Source: Acholeplasma sp. (GTDB lineage Bacteria; Bacillota_I; Bacilli_A; ML615J-28; CAG-698). From it: DNA of 64,000 bases. Numbering within the stretch: the stretch's first letter is position 1; every line of letters begins with the position of its first letter. The notes below the pieces were generated by a model. That model searched no databases, was not told where the DNA came from, and was given only the letters and a program-made list of their open reading frames with translations. Below are positions 39,072-48,148 of the stretch, one piece after another. The translations under genes and the position numbers were made by a program. The stretch covers positions 1,540-65,539 of the forward strand of contig DUOW01000009.1 in assembly GCA_012838635.1 (NCBI GenBank), read 5' to 3'.

Positions 39072-39431
39072 TTAAAAAGCAAGTAAATTATTAATAATTT
39101 CAGTAGTAAATCTAGCATCTTCAATAACCCAAACAAATACTAAAATTACATTAACTACACTAATAGCACCACGAACAATCGCAATAATTCCTAATATTTT
39201 TGCAGTTTTGGCATTGCTTGCATTTGGTTTCTTCGAAAAAACAATAGCTAAGATTCCCAATACGATTGATCCTAAAACAAGACCAATAATTCCTAAAGTT
39301 ACAGCAGCATTGCTTTGTTTAGCTGGTTCTTTTTGTTCTAGATTTTGCTCTTCTCTTTCAATTTTTTCACCACAAACACCACAATAATAATCATTTGGAT
39401 TTACTTGACTTTCACATTTTTTACAATTCAT
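39072..39431 (-). CDS. Zinc-ribbon domain membrane protein (DUF4190-like C-terminal TM pair), trio member A
   Basis: MNCKKCESQV...YYCGVCGEKI zinc ribbon, charged linker, TM helices with GIIGLVLG and KTAKILGIIAI motifs; AAGGAG RBS. Confidence 0.6.
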   Translation of the reverse strand: MNCKKCESQVNPNDYYCGVCGEKIEREEQNLEQKEPAKQSNAAVTLGIIGLVLGSIVLGILAIVFSKKPNASNAKTAKILGIIAIVRGAISVVNVILVFVWVIEDARFTTEIINNLLAF

Positions 39432-39558
39432 ATTTTCTTCTCCTTTTCTGTAAATTAAAGTGTTCTTTTTATTTCTATTATGAATTTAAAGATTTATATT
39501 TTTTAAAACAATATAATTCTTCATAGAACTTTTGTCTCTATTTCCTCCTTTTAAAAAA

Positions 39559-39990
39559 TTAATTACTAAACAAAGAAGCAATTACTAGCACAATATTTAG
39601 TCCCCATAACATAATTGCTATAATCCCAAAAACTTTAGCAGCTGATTTAGCAGCTGTATTTGGAGCTTTAGATTTAGTTATCGCAATTATTCCTAAAGCT
39701 AAGGGAGTTGGTAAATAAATTGATAAAATTGCCATGACAAAAGGCCCCTCATACCCCAATGCTGATCCAGTTGCTACTTTAATTACTAGACCAATTAGCA
39801 ATACTAAATAAACAAATGGAAAAATTAATGGTAAAACCGTACCAATAATTCCACAAACTAAAGCCGTTTTGCTTTTCTTAACTGGTTTATTTTCAATCTT
39901 CAAAGTTTCATCTTTTTTTATTTTTTCGCCACATTTAGAGCAAAACAATGCATCTTCTCTAATTTCTGCCCCACACTTCTTGCAATTCAT
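39559..39990 (-). CDS. Zinc-ribbon domain membrane protein, trio member B
   Basis: MNCKKCGAEI...LFCSKCGEKI, then 4 hydrophobic segments; shares KS(A)AK(V/I)(F/L)GIIAI with member A. ATG 39990 follows AGGTGG; the track GTG 39999 lies in the RBS. Confidence 0.6.
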   Translation of the reverse strand: MNCKKCGAEIREDALFCSKCGEKIKKDETLKIENKPVKKSKTALVCGIIGTVLPLIFPFVYLVLLIGLVIKVATGSALGYEGPFVMAILSIYLPTPLALGIIAITKSKAPNTAAKSAAKVFGIIAIMLWGLNIVLVIASLFSN

Positions 39991-40004
39991 AATTACCACC
40001 TAAA

Positions 40005-40436
40005 TTATTTGTTTAAAAGCAATTTAAAAAAATTAATAAAATATCCGGGATTGCGATACGTATCGCGTAATTCATATAATAAATCAATGACGTTAAAGAA
40101 TAAAAAGATAGAATAAGTTCCACCAATGACAGTTGCTGCTATTCCAAATCCTAATGAACAAACCATCATAATGAGAGCTGGTATTGGTACACTTTGAAAA
40201 GTTCCAAAAAATTCATTCATAATGCTTCCTGAAATAACAATAAAAAGGGGAATAGCAAAAGAAAGAATTGAAAAGATAAGAGCTTTCATGCCATTCTTTT
40301 TCACTATTTCATCTGCTTTTAAAATAGCATTTGCTAGTTCTTCATTTTTTTCGCCACAAACATTGCAATACAAACTGTCAACTTTTATTTCATTGCCACA
40401 ATTTTTACACCTCATTTGTCTACCTCTTACTTTCAT
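40005..40436 (-). CDS. Zinc-ribbon domain membrane protein, divergent trio member C
   Basis: MRCKNCGNEI...LYCNVCGEKN zinc ribbon then 3-4 TM segments; start 40436 or the internal ATG (MRCKNC) is uncertain. Confidence 0.5.
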   Translation of the reverse strand: MKVRGRQMRCKNCGNEIKVDSLYCNVCGEKNEELANAILKADEIVKKNGMKALIFSILSFAIPLFIVISGSIMNEFFGTFQSVPIPALIMMVCSLGFGIAATVIGGTYSIFLFFNVIDLLYELRDTYRNPGYFINFFKLLLNK

Positions 40437-40494
40437 ATTTTATCATTCCTCCTAATTTTATTCAATCTTTTTATCATAACTTGTATATTATCCA

Positions 40495-40528
40495 AAATAA
40501 AAAACTCTAAAGTAAAAACTTTAGAGTT
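40495..40528 (-). terminator. Terminator after pnp
   Basis: AACTCTAAAG (40503-40512) / CTTTAGAGTT (40519-40528) 10-bp stem, T-run on the minus strand. Confidence 0.7.
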
Positions 40529-40541
40529 AATTTTATTTAAA

Positions 40542-42701
40542 TTATTGTTCTTTTTTAGGAAACTTGCGACGAGGACGTTTTGGTTTATCTTCTTCTTTAC
40601 CTTTATTAGGGTTTTCCAAAGTATCTTTTCTTGATAGGTCAATTCTTCCTTTATCATCAATACCGATAACCTTAACTGCTATTTGATCTCCAATTGCTAG
40701 AACATCTTCTACTTTTGCTACTTTTTCATGAGCTATTTTTGAGATATGAAGTAATCCTTCACAACCTTCCCATAGTCTTAAAAAGGCGCCATAGCTTTCA
40801 ATTCTAATTACTGTTCCTTCGTAAATTTTTCCTACTTCTGCTTCACGAACGATATTTTCGATAATCTCAATAGCTTTATCAATCCATTCATATTCTTGAT
40901 GCATGATAAATACTCTACCATCTTGTTCAATATCAATCTTAACATTATTAGTTTTTTCAATAATTTCGTTGATAACTTTTCCACCAGAACCGATAACATC
41001 TTTAATCTTATCTGGATTAATTCTAATCATCTTAACTTTAGGTGCGTAAGGACTTAATTCTTTACGAGGTTCACTAATAGTTCCAAGCATATGATTTAAG
41101 ATTTCTAAACGACCTTTTTTAGCTTGAGCTAAGGCTTCTTTCAAAATTTCAGCTGTTACTCCAGAAATCTTAATATCCATTTGTAAAGCAGTAATACCAT
41201 CTTTAGTACCAGCTACTTTAAAGTCCATATCACCAAAATGATCTTCCATTCCTTGGATATCTGTAAGAATTGTATAGTCTTTACCATCCATAATTAATCC
41301 CATAGCAATACCTGCAACTGGAGCTTTAATTGGTACACCAGCATCCATTAAAGCAAGTGTACCTGCACAAATAGATGCTTGAGATGAAGAACCATTTGAT
41401 TCTAAAATCTCACTTACAACTCTAATAGTATAAGGGAATGTATCTTCATCTGGAATAATGTTCATTAACGCTTTTTCACCTAAAGCTCCATGACCAATTT
41501 CTCTTCTTCCTGGACCACCATAACGACCAGTTTCCCCAACACTAAATTGAGGGAAGTTATATTGAAGCATAAATCTCTTTGATTCTTCACTAGTTAGGCC
41601 ATCAATAATTTGACTTTCAGCAAGACTTCCTAAAGTTACAGTAGTAAAAGCTTGAGTTTGACCACGAGTAAACAAAGCAGATCCATGTGGTCTTGTAACA
41701 ACATGAACTCTTGATGATAAAGGCCTAATTTCATCAGTTTTTCTACCATCAGGTCTAATTTTCTCTTGAGTAATTAATCTTCTAACTTCACCTGCTACAA
41801 TATTCTCACATGCTTCTTTTGCAATTCTTTCATATTCTTCAGCTTCTTCAGCTGGAGCTAAAGCTACAAAATACTCAACAGTTTTCTTAGTTAACTCATC
41901 AATTTTAGCTGCTCTTTCTTGCTTCTCTACAATCGATACAGCTTTTCTTAAGTCTTTACCAATATAGTCTTCTACCTTAGCAACTTTATCTTCACTAATT
42001 AAATCTAGATAAACTTCTAATTTTTCTTTTCCAACTTCTTTAATAATTTCTTCTTGGAAAGCTACTAATCTTTTAATCTCTTCATGACCAAAAAGTAGTG
42101 CTTCAAGCATTACATCTTCAGAAATGTTTTTAGAACTAGCTTCTACCATATTAATGGCATGTTTAGTACCAGCAATACTTAAAGCAAGTTCAGAATTTGC
42201 TTGTTCTTCTTCAGTTGGATTGATGATAAATTTACCATCAACTAAACCTACTTCAACACCAGCAATCGGGCCATTAAATGGAATATCAGAAATCATTAAT
42301 GCTAAAGATGAACCAAGCATTGCTGCCATGGCAGGCGAATTGTCTGGATCACTACTTAAAACCATATTGATAATTTGCACTTCATCTTTAAAACCTTCTG
42401 GAAATAAAGGTCTAATTGGTCTATCGATTAAACGAGCATTTAGAGTTTCAATTTCTGAAGATCTTCCTTCTCTTCTTAAAAACCCACCAGGAATTTTACC
42501 AGCTGCATATAGTTTTTCTTGATAAACAACAGTTAATGGGAAAAAACCTGCATTAAAGTTATCACTATTATGAACAGCAACAGATAAAACTGTAGTATCT
42601 CCAAAATTAGTAACTACAGCTCCATTTGCTTGTTTAGCAACTTCACCTGTTTCAATAACAAATGTTCTACTTCCTTGTTTGAATTCGAATGTTTTTTTCA
42701 T
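40542..42701 (-). CDS. pnp: Polyribonucleotide nucleotidyltransferase (PNPase)
   Basis: Two RNase PH domains, KH and S1 domains, basic tail; 719 aa. Confidence 0.97.
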   Translation of the reverse strand: MKKTFEFKQGSRTFVIETGEVAKQANGAVVTNFGDTTVLSVAVHNSDNFNAGFFPLTVVYQEKLYAAGKIPGGFLRREGRSSEIETLNARLIDRPIRPLFPEGFKDEVQIINMVLSSDPDNSPAMAAMLGSSLALMISDIPFNGPIAGVEVGLVDGKFIINPTEEEQANSELALSIAGTKHAINMVEASSKNISEDVMLEALLFGHEEIKRLVAFQEEIIKEVGKEKLEVYLDLISEDKVAKVEDYIGKDLRKAVSIVEKQERAAKIDELTKKTVEYFVALAPAEEAEEYERIAKEACENIVAGEVRRLITQEKIRPDGRKTDEIRPLSSRVHVVTRPHGSALFTRGQTQAFTTVTLGSLAESQIIDGLTSEESKRFMLQYNFPQFSVGETGRYGGPGRREIGHGALGEKALMNIIPDEDTFPYTIRVVSEILESNGSSSQASICAGTLALMDAGVPIKAPVAGIAMGLIMDGKDYTILTDIQGMEDHFGDMDFKVAGTKDGITALQMDIKISGVTAEILKEALAQAKKGRLEILNHMLGTISEPRKELSPYAPKVKMIRINPDKIKDVIGSGGKVINEIIEKTNNVKIDIEQDGRVFIMHQEYEWIDKAIEIIENIVREAEVGKIYEGTVIRIESYGAFLRLWEGCEGLLHISKIAHEKVAKVEDVLAIGDQIAVKVIGIDDKGRIDLSRKDTLENPNKGKEEDKPKRPRRKFPKKEQ

Positions 42702-42727
42702 ATTTTCTCTTCTCTCCTTATTTTACA

Positions 42728-42753
42728 TTAAAAAAGGGTAAATTAATTACCCT
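42728..42753 (-). terminator. Terminator/attenuator between rpsO and pnp
   Basis: AGGGTAA-ttaat-TTACCCT followed by U5 on the minus strand. Confidence 0.7.
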
Positions 42754-42758
42754 AAATC

Positions 42759-43031
42759 CTATTTTCTTAAATTCAGTTTTACTAAAACTTCACGGTAACT
42801 GTTTAAGTTTGTTCTCTTCAAATAATCTAAAAGATTTCTTCTATGACCAACTTTTTTAAGTAAGCCACGGTTAGAATGATGATCTTTTGGATGAATTGCG
42901 AAATGTTCATTTAAACGGTTAATTTCAGCCGTCAAAATCGCAATTTGTACTTCTACAGAACCAGTATCATTTTCATCTTTACCGAATTCTTTTACTAATC
43001 TAGCTTTTTCTTCTTTTGAAATACAAGACAT
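42759..43031 (-). CDS. rpsO: 30S ribosomal protein S15
   Basis: ...[48 protein letters not shown]... Confidence 0.95.
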   Translation of the reverse strand: MSCISKEEKARLVKEFGKDENDTGSVEVQIAILTAEINRLNEHFAIHPKDHHSNRGLLKKVGHRRNLLDYLKRTNLNSYREVLVKLNLRK

Positions 43032-43211
43032 TTTTTTACCTCCTTATTTAATTAACTCAAATAAACCAAGTAGAACGTTGGAGTATCGCACAACCTAGTC
43101 TAATGATAATATATTATAACATATTTTGTTTATTTTGTAAAGATAATTATATCGATAAATTATCTTCACTTGCAATATATTTTCAATACAAAATGAATAT
43201 CTTTTAAAAAC

Positions 43212-43421
43212 TTATTTATTAGCTTTTTCACTGCCTTCACTTACTTTAAAAATTAAATATAAAGAATTCATTATAACAGCTAACAATATAGCAAGCATAA
43301 ATACAAATGCACCATCATTATATTGAGAATAGTTAAATTTACCATCAATAACTAAAAATAATGCAAATATAGCTAAACAAATCACAAGAAATCCTAAAAT
43401 CTTTATTACAGTTTTCTTCAC
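43212..43421 (-). CDS. Hypothetical small membrane protein (2 TM)
   Basis: 69 aa, GTG start in the ORF track, two hydrophobic helices; no recognisable family. Confidence 0.4.
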   Translation of the reverse strand: MKKTVIKILGFLVICLAIFALFLVIDGKFNYSQYNDGAFVFMLAILLAVIMNSLYLIFKVSEGSEKANK

Positions 43422-43547
43422 TTACTATTTCTTCTTTCTAATTTTCTAATAATCTCAATCAATTGGTGTTCCTAGGAATATACAATGTATTTACTCCATT
43501 TAAATTATAATATAAACAAAAAGCAGTTTGCTTGTAAAAAACAATAT

Positions 43548-44243
43548 TTACAACGATAAAACTAGCTTTAAAACAAATTCACTGCTATTAACAATTGCTT
43601 TTTTATAGTGTTCAGAATACTCATTATAGCTAGTTTCGGGAACTAAATCAGAAATTGCTCTTACAGAAACAAAAGGAATGTCAAGTAAATAGGCACCATG
43701 AGCAAAAGCAGTACTTTCCATATCAAAGATGGCAATATTATCATTCTTAAAATGTTCATCGATAATAGCTTTTACTTTTGGATAATTATCCCTATCTACA
43801 AACGTATCACTTGTATAACAGTTTGCAAACTTATACTCATCTTGAGAAAAGTTTTTCTTAATTGTTTTCTTTAATGAACGATCTAGTTCAAAATAACGAG
43901 GAGCTTTACTAACACGTCCATATTCATATTCATCCTTTGGTAGTTCTACATCTCCATAAAAATACTTATCAACAACAACTAAATCAAATAGGTCAACTTT
44001 GTCTTTAACTCCACCACATACCCCAACATTAATAATTAAATCAACTTCATAAAAACCAACTAATAATCCCATTAAAAGACCAGCATTAGTTTTTCCAACG
44101 CCACTTTGAACTAAAACAATATTTTTATTTCCTATTTTACCACAGTAAAAATCAATATGATAAAAGCTTTCTACTTTTAAATCACCTATTTTTTCTTCTA
44201 AATATTCAATTTCATCTCTCATCGCACCAATAATTGCAATCAT
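43548..44243 (-). CDS. mtnN: 5'-methylthioadenosine/S-adenosylhomocysteine nucleosidase
   Basis: MIAIIGAMRDEIEYL, SGVGKTNAG, FDMESTAFA motifs. Confidence 0.9.
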   Translation of the reverse strand: MIAIIGAMRDEIEYLEEKIGDLKVESFYHIDFYCGKIGNKNIVLVQSGVGKTNAGLLMGLLVGFYEVDLIINVGVCGGVKDKVDLFDLVVVDKYFYGDVELPKDEYEYGRVSKAPRYFELDRSLKKTIKKNFSQDEYKFANCYTSDTFVDRDNYPKVKAIIDEHFKNDNIAIFDMESTAFAHGAYLLDIPFVSVRAISDLVPETSYNEYSEHYKKAIVNSSEFVLKLVLSL

Positions 44244-44245
44244 TT

Positions 44246-45163
44246 TTATTCCTCCTTTAAAATACTTTTAGCTAATTTAATATCAAGATCTATTTGTTTT
44301 TTTAATTCCTCTTTTGAGGAGTAAATCTTCTCTTCTCTTAAGAATTCAATAAACTCAACCTTAATTTGTTCGCCATAAATCACTTTATCAAAATCAAATA
44401 AATGAACTTCTGCTCTAGCTTTTTCTTGATAGTTAAAACTTGGGTTATGACCAATGTTACAAATTCCTTGATACTTATTTCCATCATAACTAACTATGAC
44501 AGCATAAACACCTAATTTGAGACTATAAAACGAAGAATCAAGGCTAATGTTAGCAGTTTTGTAGCCTAAGGTAGAGCCTATTCTACTTCCTTTATTTACG
44601 ATACCCGTAATATAATAGTTTCTTCCAAGTAAGAAATTAGCTTTACTAACCTTACCATCTTCTAAATATTGTCTAATTAAATTAGAACCAACCTTTACTT
44701 GTTCGTATTTAATTTCATCTACAACTTCTAAATTATATTTTCTTTTTAAAGTTTCAGTGCTCCCTGTTGCAAACTTCCCATAATGATAATCAAATCCAAC
44801 AATCATCTTTTTAATATTCAAATTGTCTAAAAATTGTTTTTCATATTCTTGATATGGCAAACTAGCAACTTCTTTAGAAAACTTTATAACAATCAAATAA
44901 TCTAAACCTAAATCAGCTAAAATCTCTTTTTTTTCTTTTAAGGGCGTTAAGTAACCTTCTTTTACTCTTTTTTCTAAAACATAGTCAGGATGAGGATCAA
45001 AAGTAATTATGGCTGATGAAACATTTAAACTCTTAGCATCACTAATAACTTTATTAATAATATACATATGGGCATAATGTAAACCATCAAATTGACCCAT
45101 ACCTAAAACAATCGGCATTTTAAAATCAATTTTATTATCTAAACTAACTTTAATTATCTTCAT
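44246..45163 (-). CDS. ribF: Bifunctional riboflavin kinase / FMN adenylyltransferase
   Basis: GQFDGLHYAH nucleotidyltransferase motif, C-terminal riboflavin kinase (GFPTANI-like GYKTANI, ..E.HLFDF). ATG 45163 (MKIIKV) preferred over track start 45217. Confidence 0.9.
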   Translation of the reverse strand: MKIIKVSLDNKIDFKMPIVLGMGQFDGLHYAHMYIINKVISDAKSLNVSSAIITFDPHPDYVLEKRVKEGYLTPLKEKKEILADLGLDYLIVIKFSKEVASLPYQEYEKQFLDNLNIKKMIVGFDYHYGKFATGSTETLKRKYNLEVVDEIKYEQVKVGSNLIRQYLEDGKVSKANFLLGRNYYITGIVNKGSRIGSTLGYKTANISLDSSFYSLKLGVYAVIVSYDGNKYQGICNIGHNPSFNYQEKARAEVHLFDFDKVIYGEQIKVEFIEFLREEKIYSSKEELKKQIDLDIKLAKSILKEE

Positions 45164-46025
45164 TATTCCAAACCCTTCTTGCTTTATATAAGCTCCCATC
45201 TTTTTCATAAATACCAACTAACTCATTTTGGTATTTTAAAACGACTATTTTTTCTTCTAGTTCTAAATTAATTTTTCTACCATGTTTTACTAAATTATAC
45301 TCATCAATACTTAATTCGTATTGTTTATAATCACTTAAAGCATCTAAATTAGAAATGATTTTTAAGTTATCTAAACTTAAATCTTCAAACTTACAAGCAT
45401 CATTCACATCAAAATTACTAATTTTCGTTCTACGTAAATTACTAACAACAGCTGGATAGTCTAGTTTTTTACCTAAATCATTAACTAAACTTCTAATATA
45501 AGTCCCTTTAGAAACAGTTGTAAGAAACGAAAAAATAGCTTTATTATCTTGGTAGATAACATCTCCTATTCTTTCAATGCTCTTTATTTCAACTAACCTT
45601 TGAGGTAAATCAACATTTTCTCCGCGTCTTGCTTTTTTGTATAACCTTTCCCCATCCATAGAGATAGCAGAAAAAATAGGTGCTTCTTGCATATATTGAC
45701 CTTTAAAACTACTTAAAACAACATCAATTTCAAGTTTTTCCTTAACATCTTTAAAAGCATTAACCTCACCATCTATATCATATGTATTAGTACCAACACC
45801 AACAGTTACTTCTACTAAATACTCTTTATCTAAATTAAGTAAATAATCTGATAGTTTAGTACTAGAGTTAACTAAAACAATTAAAAGACCGGTTGCTAGA
45901 GGATCTAATGTGCCCGCATGACCAATTTTTTTAATATTTAATTTTCTTCTTACTCTTTGAATTTCATTAAAAGAAGAAATACCTTTTTCTTTATCAATTA
46001 AAATTATTCCTGATTTAGTTTTCAT
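45150..46025 (-). CDS. truB: tRNA pseudouridine55 synthase
   Basis: GHAGTLDPLATGLL catalytic motif. The track start 46073 is a TTG inside the upstream terminator stem; ATG 46025 (MKTKSGIILIDKE) is preferred. Confidence 0.9.
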   Translation of the reverse strand: MKTKSGIILIDKEKGISSFNEIQRVRRKLNIKKIGHAGTLDPLATGLLIVLVNSSTKLSDYLLNLDKEYLVEVTVGVGTNTYDIDGEVNAFKDVKEKLEIDVVLSSFKGQYMQEAPIFSAISMDGERLYKKARRGENVDLPQRLVEIKSIERIGDVIYQDNKAIFSFLTTVSKGTYIRSLVNDLGKKLDYPAVVSNLRRTKISNFDVNDACKFEDLSLDNLKIISNLDALSDYKQYELSIDEYNLVKHGRKINLELEEKIVVLKYQNELVGIYEKDGSLYKARRVWNNEDN

Positions 46026-46052
46026 ATGTAATATTATACCATAAACACTACT

Positions 46053-46085
46053 TAAAAAGAAGACCAAAAGCAAGCTTTTGGTCTT
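46053..46085 (-). terminator. Terminator after array copy A
   Basis: AAGACCAAAAGC / GCTTTTGGTCTT palindromic stem, then CUUUUU on the minus strand. Confidence 0.7.
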
Positions 46086-46092
46086 TCTCTTT

Positions 46093-48060
46093 CTAATATA
46101 TTTCCTTAATTAAATCCTCTAAGTTAGCGTACATATTTTCAAACACGAGGGCAAATGATAAATGAGCGTTATTAAGACTTCGCTTATAAGTAATTGAAGG
46201 TGTAAATTTATATTCTAAATCAACAACACAAGTTTCAATTTTCTCACCCACATCACTTTTTAAAACAGTTAATGAACCTTCTGTAAAATTATAAGCTTTG
46301 CCATTAATTTTAATTGGTGCTATACCATAGTTAGAAATATTATTGGAATCACGATAATTAATAACAAACTCAAATTTATCGCTACTTTCAGTACATTTAA
46401 TACCATTAAGTTCCGGTTTAACATAAGCCGTTTGCGCTACTCCTTTTTGTTCTAAATTAAAGGTTAGCGAATTACTATCTTCATATGATAGAGCATATTC
46501 ATAATTTGTTCCTGGTTGCAAACGTTCAAATGTAGCTTTACCATCAATAACTTCTTTCTTTTCGTTGTTTAGGGAAATAAATAGTTTTTGCATATCATGA
46601 CCAGCATTATCATTTAAGTTAACTTTTAAATCAATCTTTCTAATTTCAGGTTTAGTTTCAATTTCAATCTCTGGTCTTTTAACTGCAATTAACACACAGT
46701 TACCATCAGTTCTTTCAAAACCATCTGAAGGATAGTTCTTACAAGATAAGCTTCCATCTGGTTCACGTATGATCATTGTAACTGAACCACCACCATCTAA
46801 GTTATAGCCACGAACACAGCCATATCTTCTTAATAAAGCACCCATTTCATAGCCATCAAGTCCATGTCTTCCTTCATCACCATTACGTCCATCAACAACA
46901 ATAAAGCAGTTTGTTCCATCAGGTTTTACACCAATAAATGTACGTGGGAAACGTTGTCCGGGTTCAAATCCTAAAGCAACACCATCTTCCATAACTCTAG
47001 CTCCAAATACACTTAAAGCATTCTCAACATAAGCAAATTCACCACTATAAACTCTTTGGACTCTTACCTTTGTACCGATAGCTAAGGCTGCTTTTAAATC
47101 AGAATTCATTGTACAGATTGCAAATTGTTCTTTTTGTAAAGTAGATAAACTACTTTTATCTGTTGTACTAATAATACCTTTGCCATAAAAGTCTCCTTCA
47201 GTATCATTAGGAAGCCAAATTTCTGCTTCTGCGACACCAAAAAAGGAAGCATTAGAATCAACTTCTTTTGGGTAAAACGTATAAGCATTTGGTTGATTCG
47301 TAAATACACCATAATAAATACTAGTCTCACCTACATTAGGTGCTTTATTGTGATGTTCAATATTATATCGAGCAATAATATTATCATTTTCATCATAAAT
47401 ATCAACAACAGTTATTAATGAGTTATTTACTTGATTAGCATCAAGATAAGCAAAATTACTAATATCTTGTCTACCATCTCTAATAAATCTCATAATTCCC
47501 CAACCACTACTTTTAGATTTAAAGAAGTTTCCTTCACTAATTGTAGCCCCATTTGATTGAGCAGGAAAAGCAAGGTTTCTTCCAATATCAAAACCATCAC
47601 CATTAACAGCAGCCATTACATGCCATTCTGGATTCTTAGCTTCAAAATCTTCAATAAAATTTCTCACAGTAGTTAGATTCCACTTATTTCCTGTATAGTT
47701 CATCCATGGAATAATCTTAATCCCAGTTGTGGAAGGAACCTCCAAAACATTTACGTGTTGGGCATAATATTGACCAGCTTTAACTGTATCATTACTACCT
47801 TGATAACCATCAACATCTTTACCAACCATAGTTGTTGAAGTGCTCTCACCAATATGACGATAGTGAACTAGTCCATAAGGCATATAGTTGATTTCTTTAA
47901 CTTCATTTACCTTATAAGTACCTGTTTTCCCAGCATCTCCTGAATCAGTATAGGCAGTATCAATTGCTTGAACTTCTCTAGCTGGTAGTAGCACTACTAT
48001 AAATACCAAAACAAAACTTAACACAGTTAGTAAACCAATAATTCTTTTCCAATTTTTCAT
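46093..48060 (-). CDS. Exported phosphodiester glycosidase (NAGPA/DUF2233-like) family protein with two C-terminal beta-sandwich (FN3/Ig-like) modules, array copy A
   Basis: Signal-like N-terminus MKNWKRIIGLLTVLSFVLVFIVVLLPAREVQA. Core motifs AAVNGDGFD, PRTFIGVKPDGT..IVVDGRNG, GYNLDGGGSVTM, SDGFERTDGNC; C-terminal LQPGTNYEY repeats. Confidence 0.7.
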   Translation of the reverse strand: MKNWKRIIGLLTVLSFVLVFIVVLLPAREVQAIDTAYTDSGDAGKTGTYKVNEVKEINYMPYGLVHYRHIGESTSTTMVGKDVDGYQGSNDTVKAGQYYAQHVNVLEVPSTTGIKIIPWMNYTGNKWNLTTVRNFIEDFEAKNPEWHVMAAVNGDGFDIGRNLAFPAQSNGATISEGNFFKSKSSGWGIMRFIRDGRQDISNFAYLDANQVNNSLITVVDIYDENDNIIARYNIEHHNKAPNVGETSIYYGVFTNQPNAYTFYPKEVDSNASFFGVAEAEIWLPNDTEGDFYGKGIISTTDKSSLSTLQKEQFAICTMNSDLKAALAIGTKVRVQRVYSGEFAYVENALSVFGARVMEDGVALGFEPGQRFPRTFIGVKPDGTNCFIVVDGRNGDEGRHGLDGYEMGALLRRYGCVRGYNLDGGGSVTMIIREPDGSLSCKNYPSDGFERTDGNCVLIAVKRPEIEIETKPEIRKIDLKVNLNDNAGHDMQKLFISLNNEKKEVIDGKATFERLQPGTNYEYALSYEDSNSLTFNLEQKGVAQTAYVKPELNGIKCTESSDKFEFVINYRDSNNISNYGIAPIKINGKAYNFTEGSLTVLKSDVGEKIETCVVDLEYKFTPSITYKRSLNNAHLSFALVFENMYANLEDLIKEIY

Positions 48061-48103
48061 TTTTATCTATCTCCTATTCATTATCATTATAACACAAAGC
48101 AAT

Positions 48104-48138
48104 TATAAAAAAAAGACCAAAAATTATTTTGGTCTTTT
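48104..48138 (-). terminator. Terminator after array copy B
   Basis: AAAGACCAAAA-taat-TTTTGGTCTTT plus a T-run on the minus strand. Confidence 0.7.
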
Positions 48139-48148
48139 AATCTTATAA

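Noticed and set aside
39486-39524. 12-codon ORF (MKNYIVLKNINL) between zinc-ribbon genes A and B, downstream of a strong AAAGGAGG.
   Set aside because: The ATG is about 19 nt from the RBS, which is too far. The peptide is AT-driven low complexity. More likely the RBS is a relic of a deleted gene.
40416-40660. ORFs 40416-40634 (+) and 40433-40660 (-) in the region downstream of pnp.
   Set aside because: They span the pnp terminator, the promoter/RBS of the zinc-ribbon gene and the 3' end of pnp. Their translations are low-complexity, and nothing supports them as genes.
43032-43110. Possible S15 autoregulatory leader structure upstream of rpsO.
   Set aside because: A plausible promoter (TTTACA-17 nt-TATAAT) and an ~70-nt leader exist. 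I could not fold a convincing three-way junction or pseudoknot by eye, so no structural claim is made.
47106-47330. 74-aa same-strand alternative-frame ORF inside array copy A.
   Set aside because: It is embedded out of frame in a conserved coding region, with no RBS. The corresponding positions in copies B and C do not keep the frame open in the ORF track.
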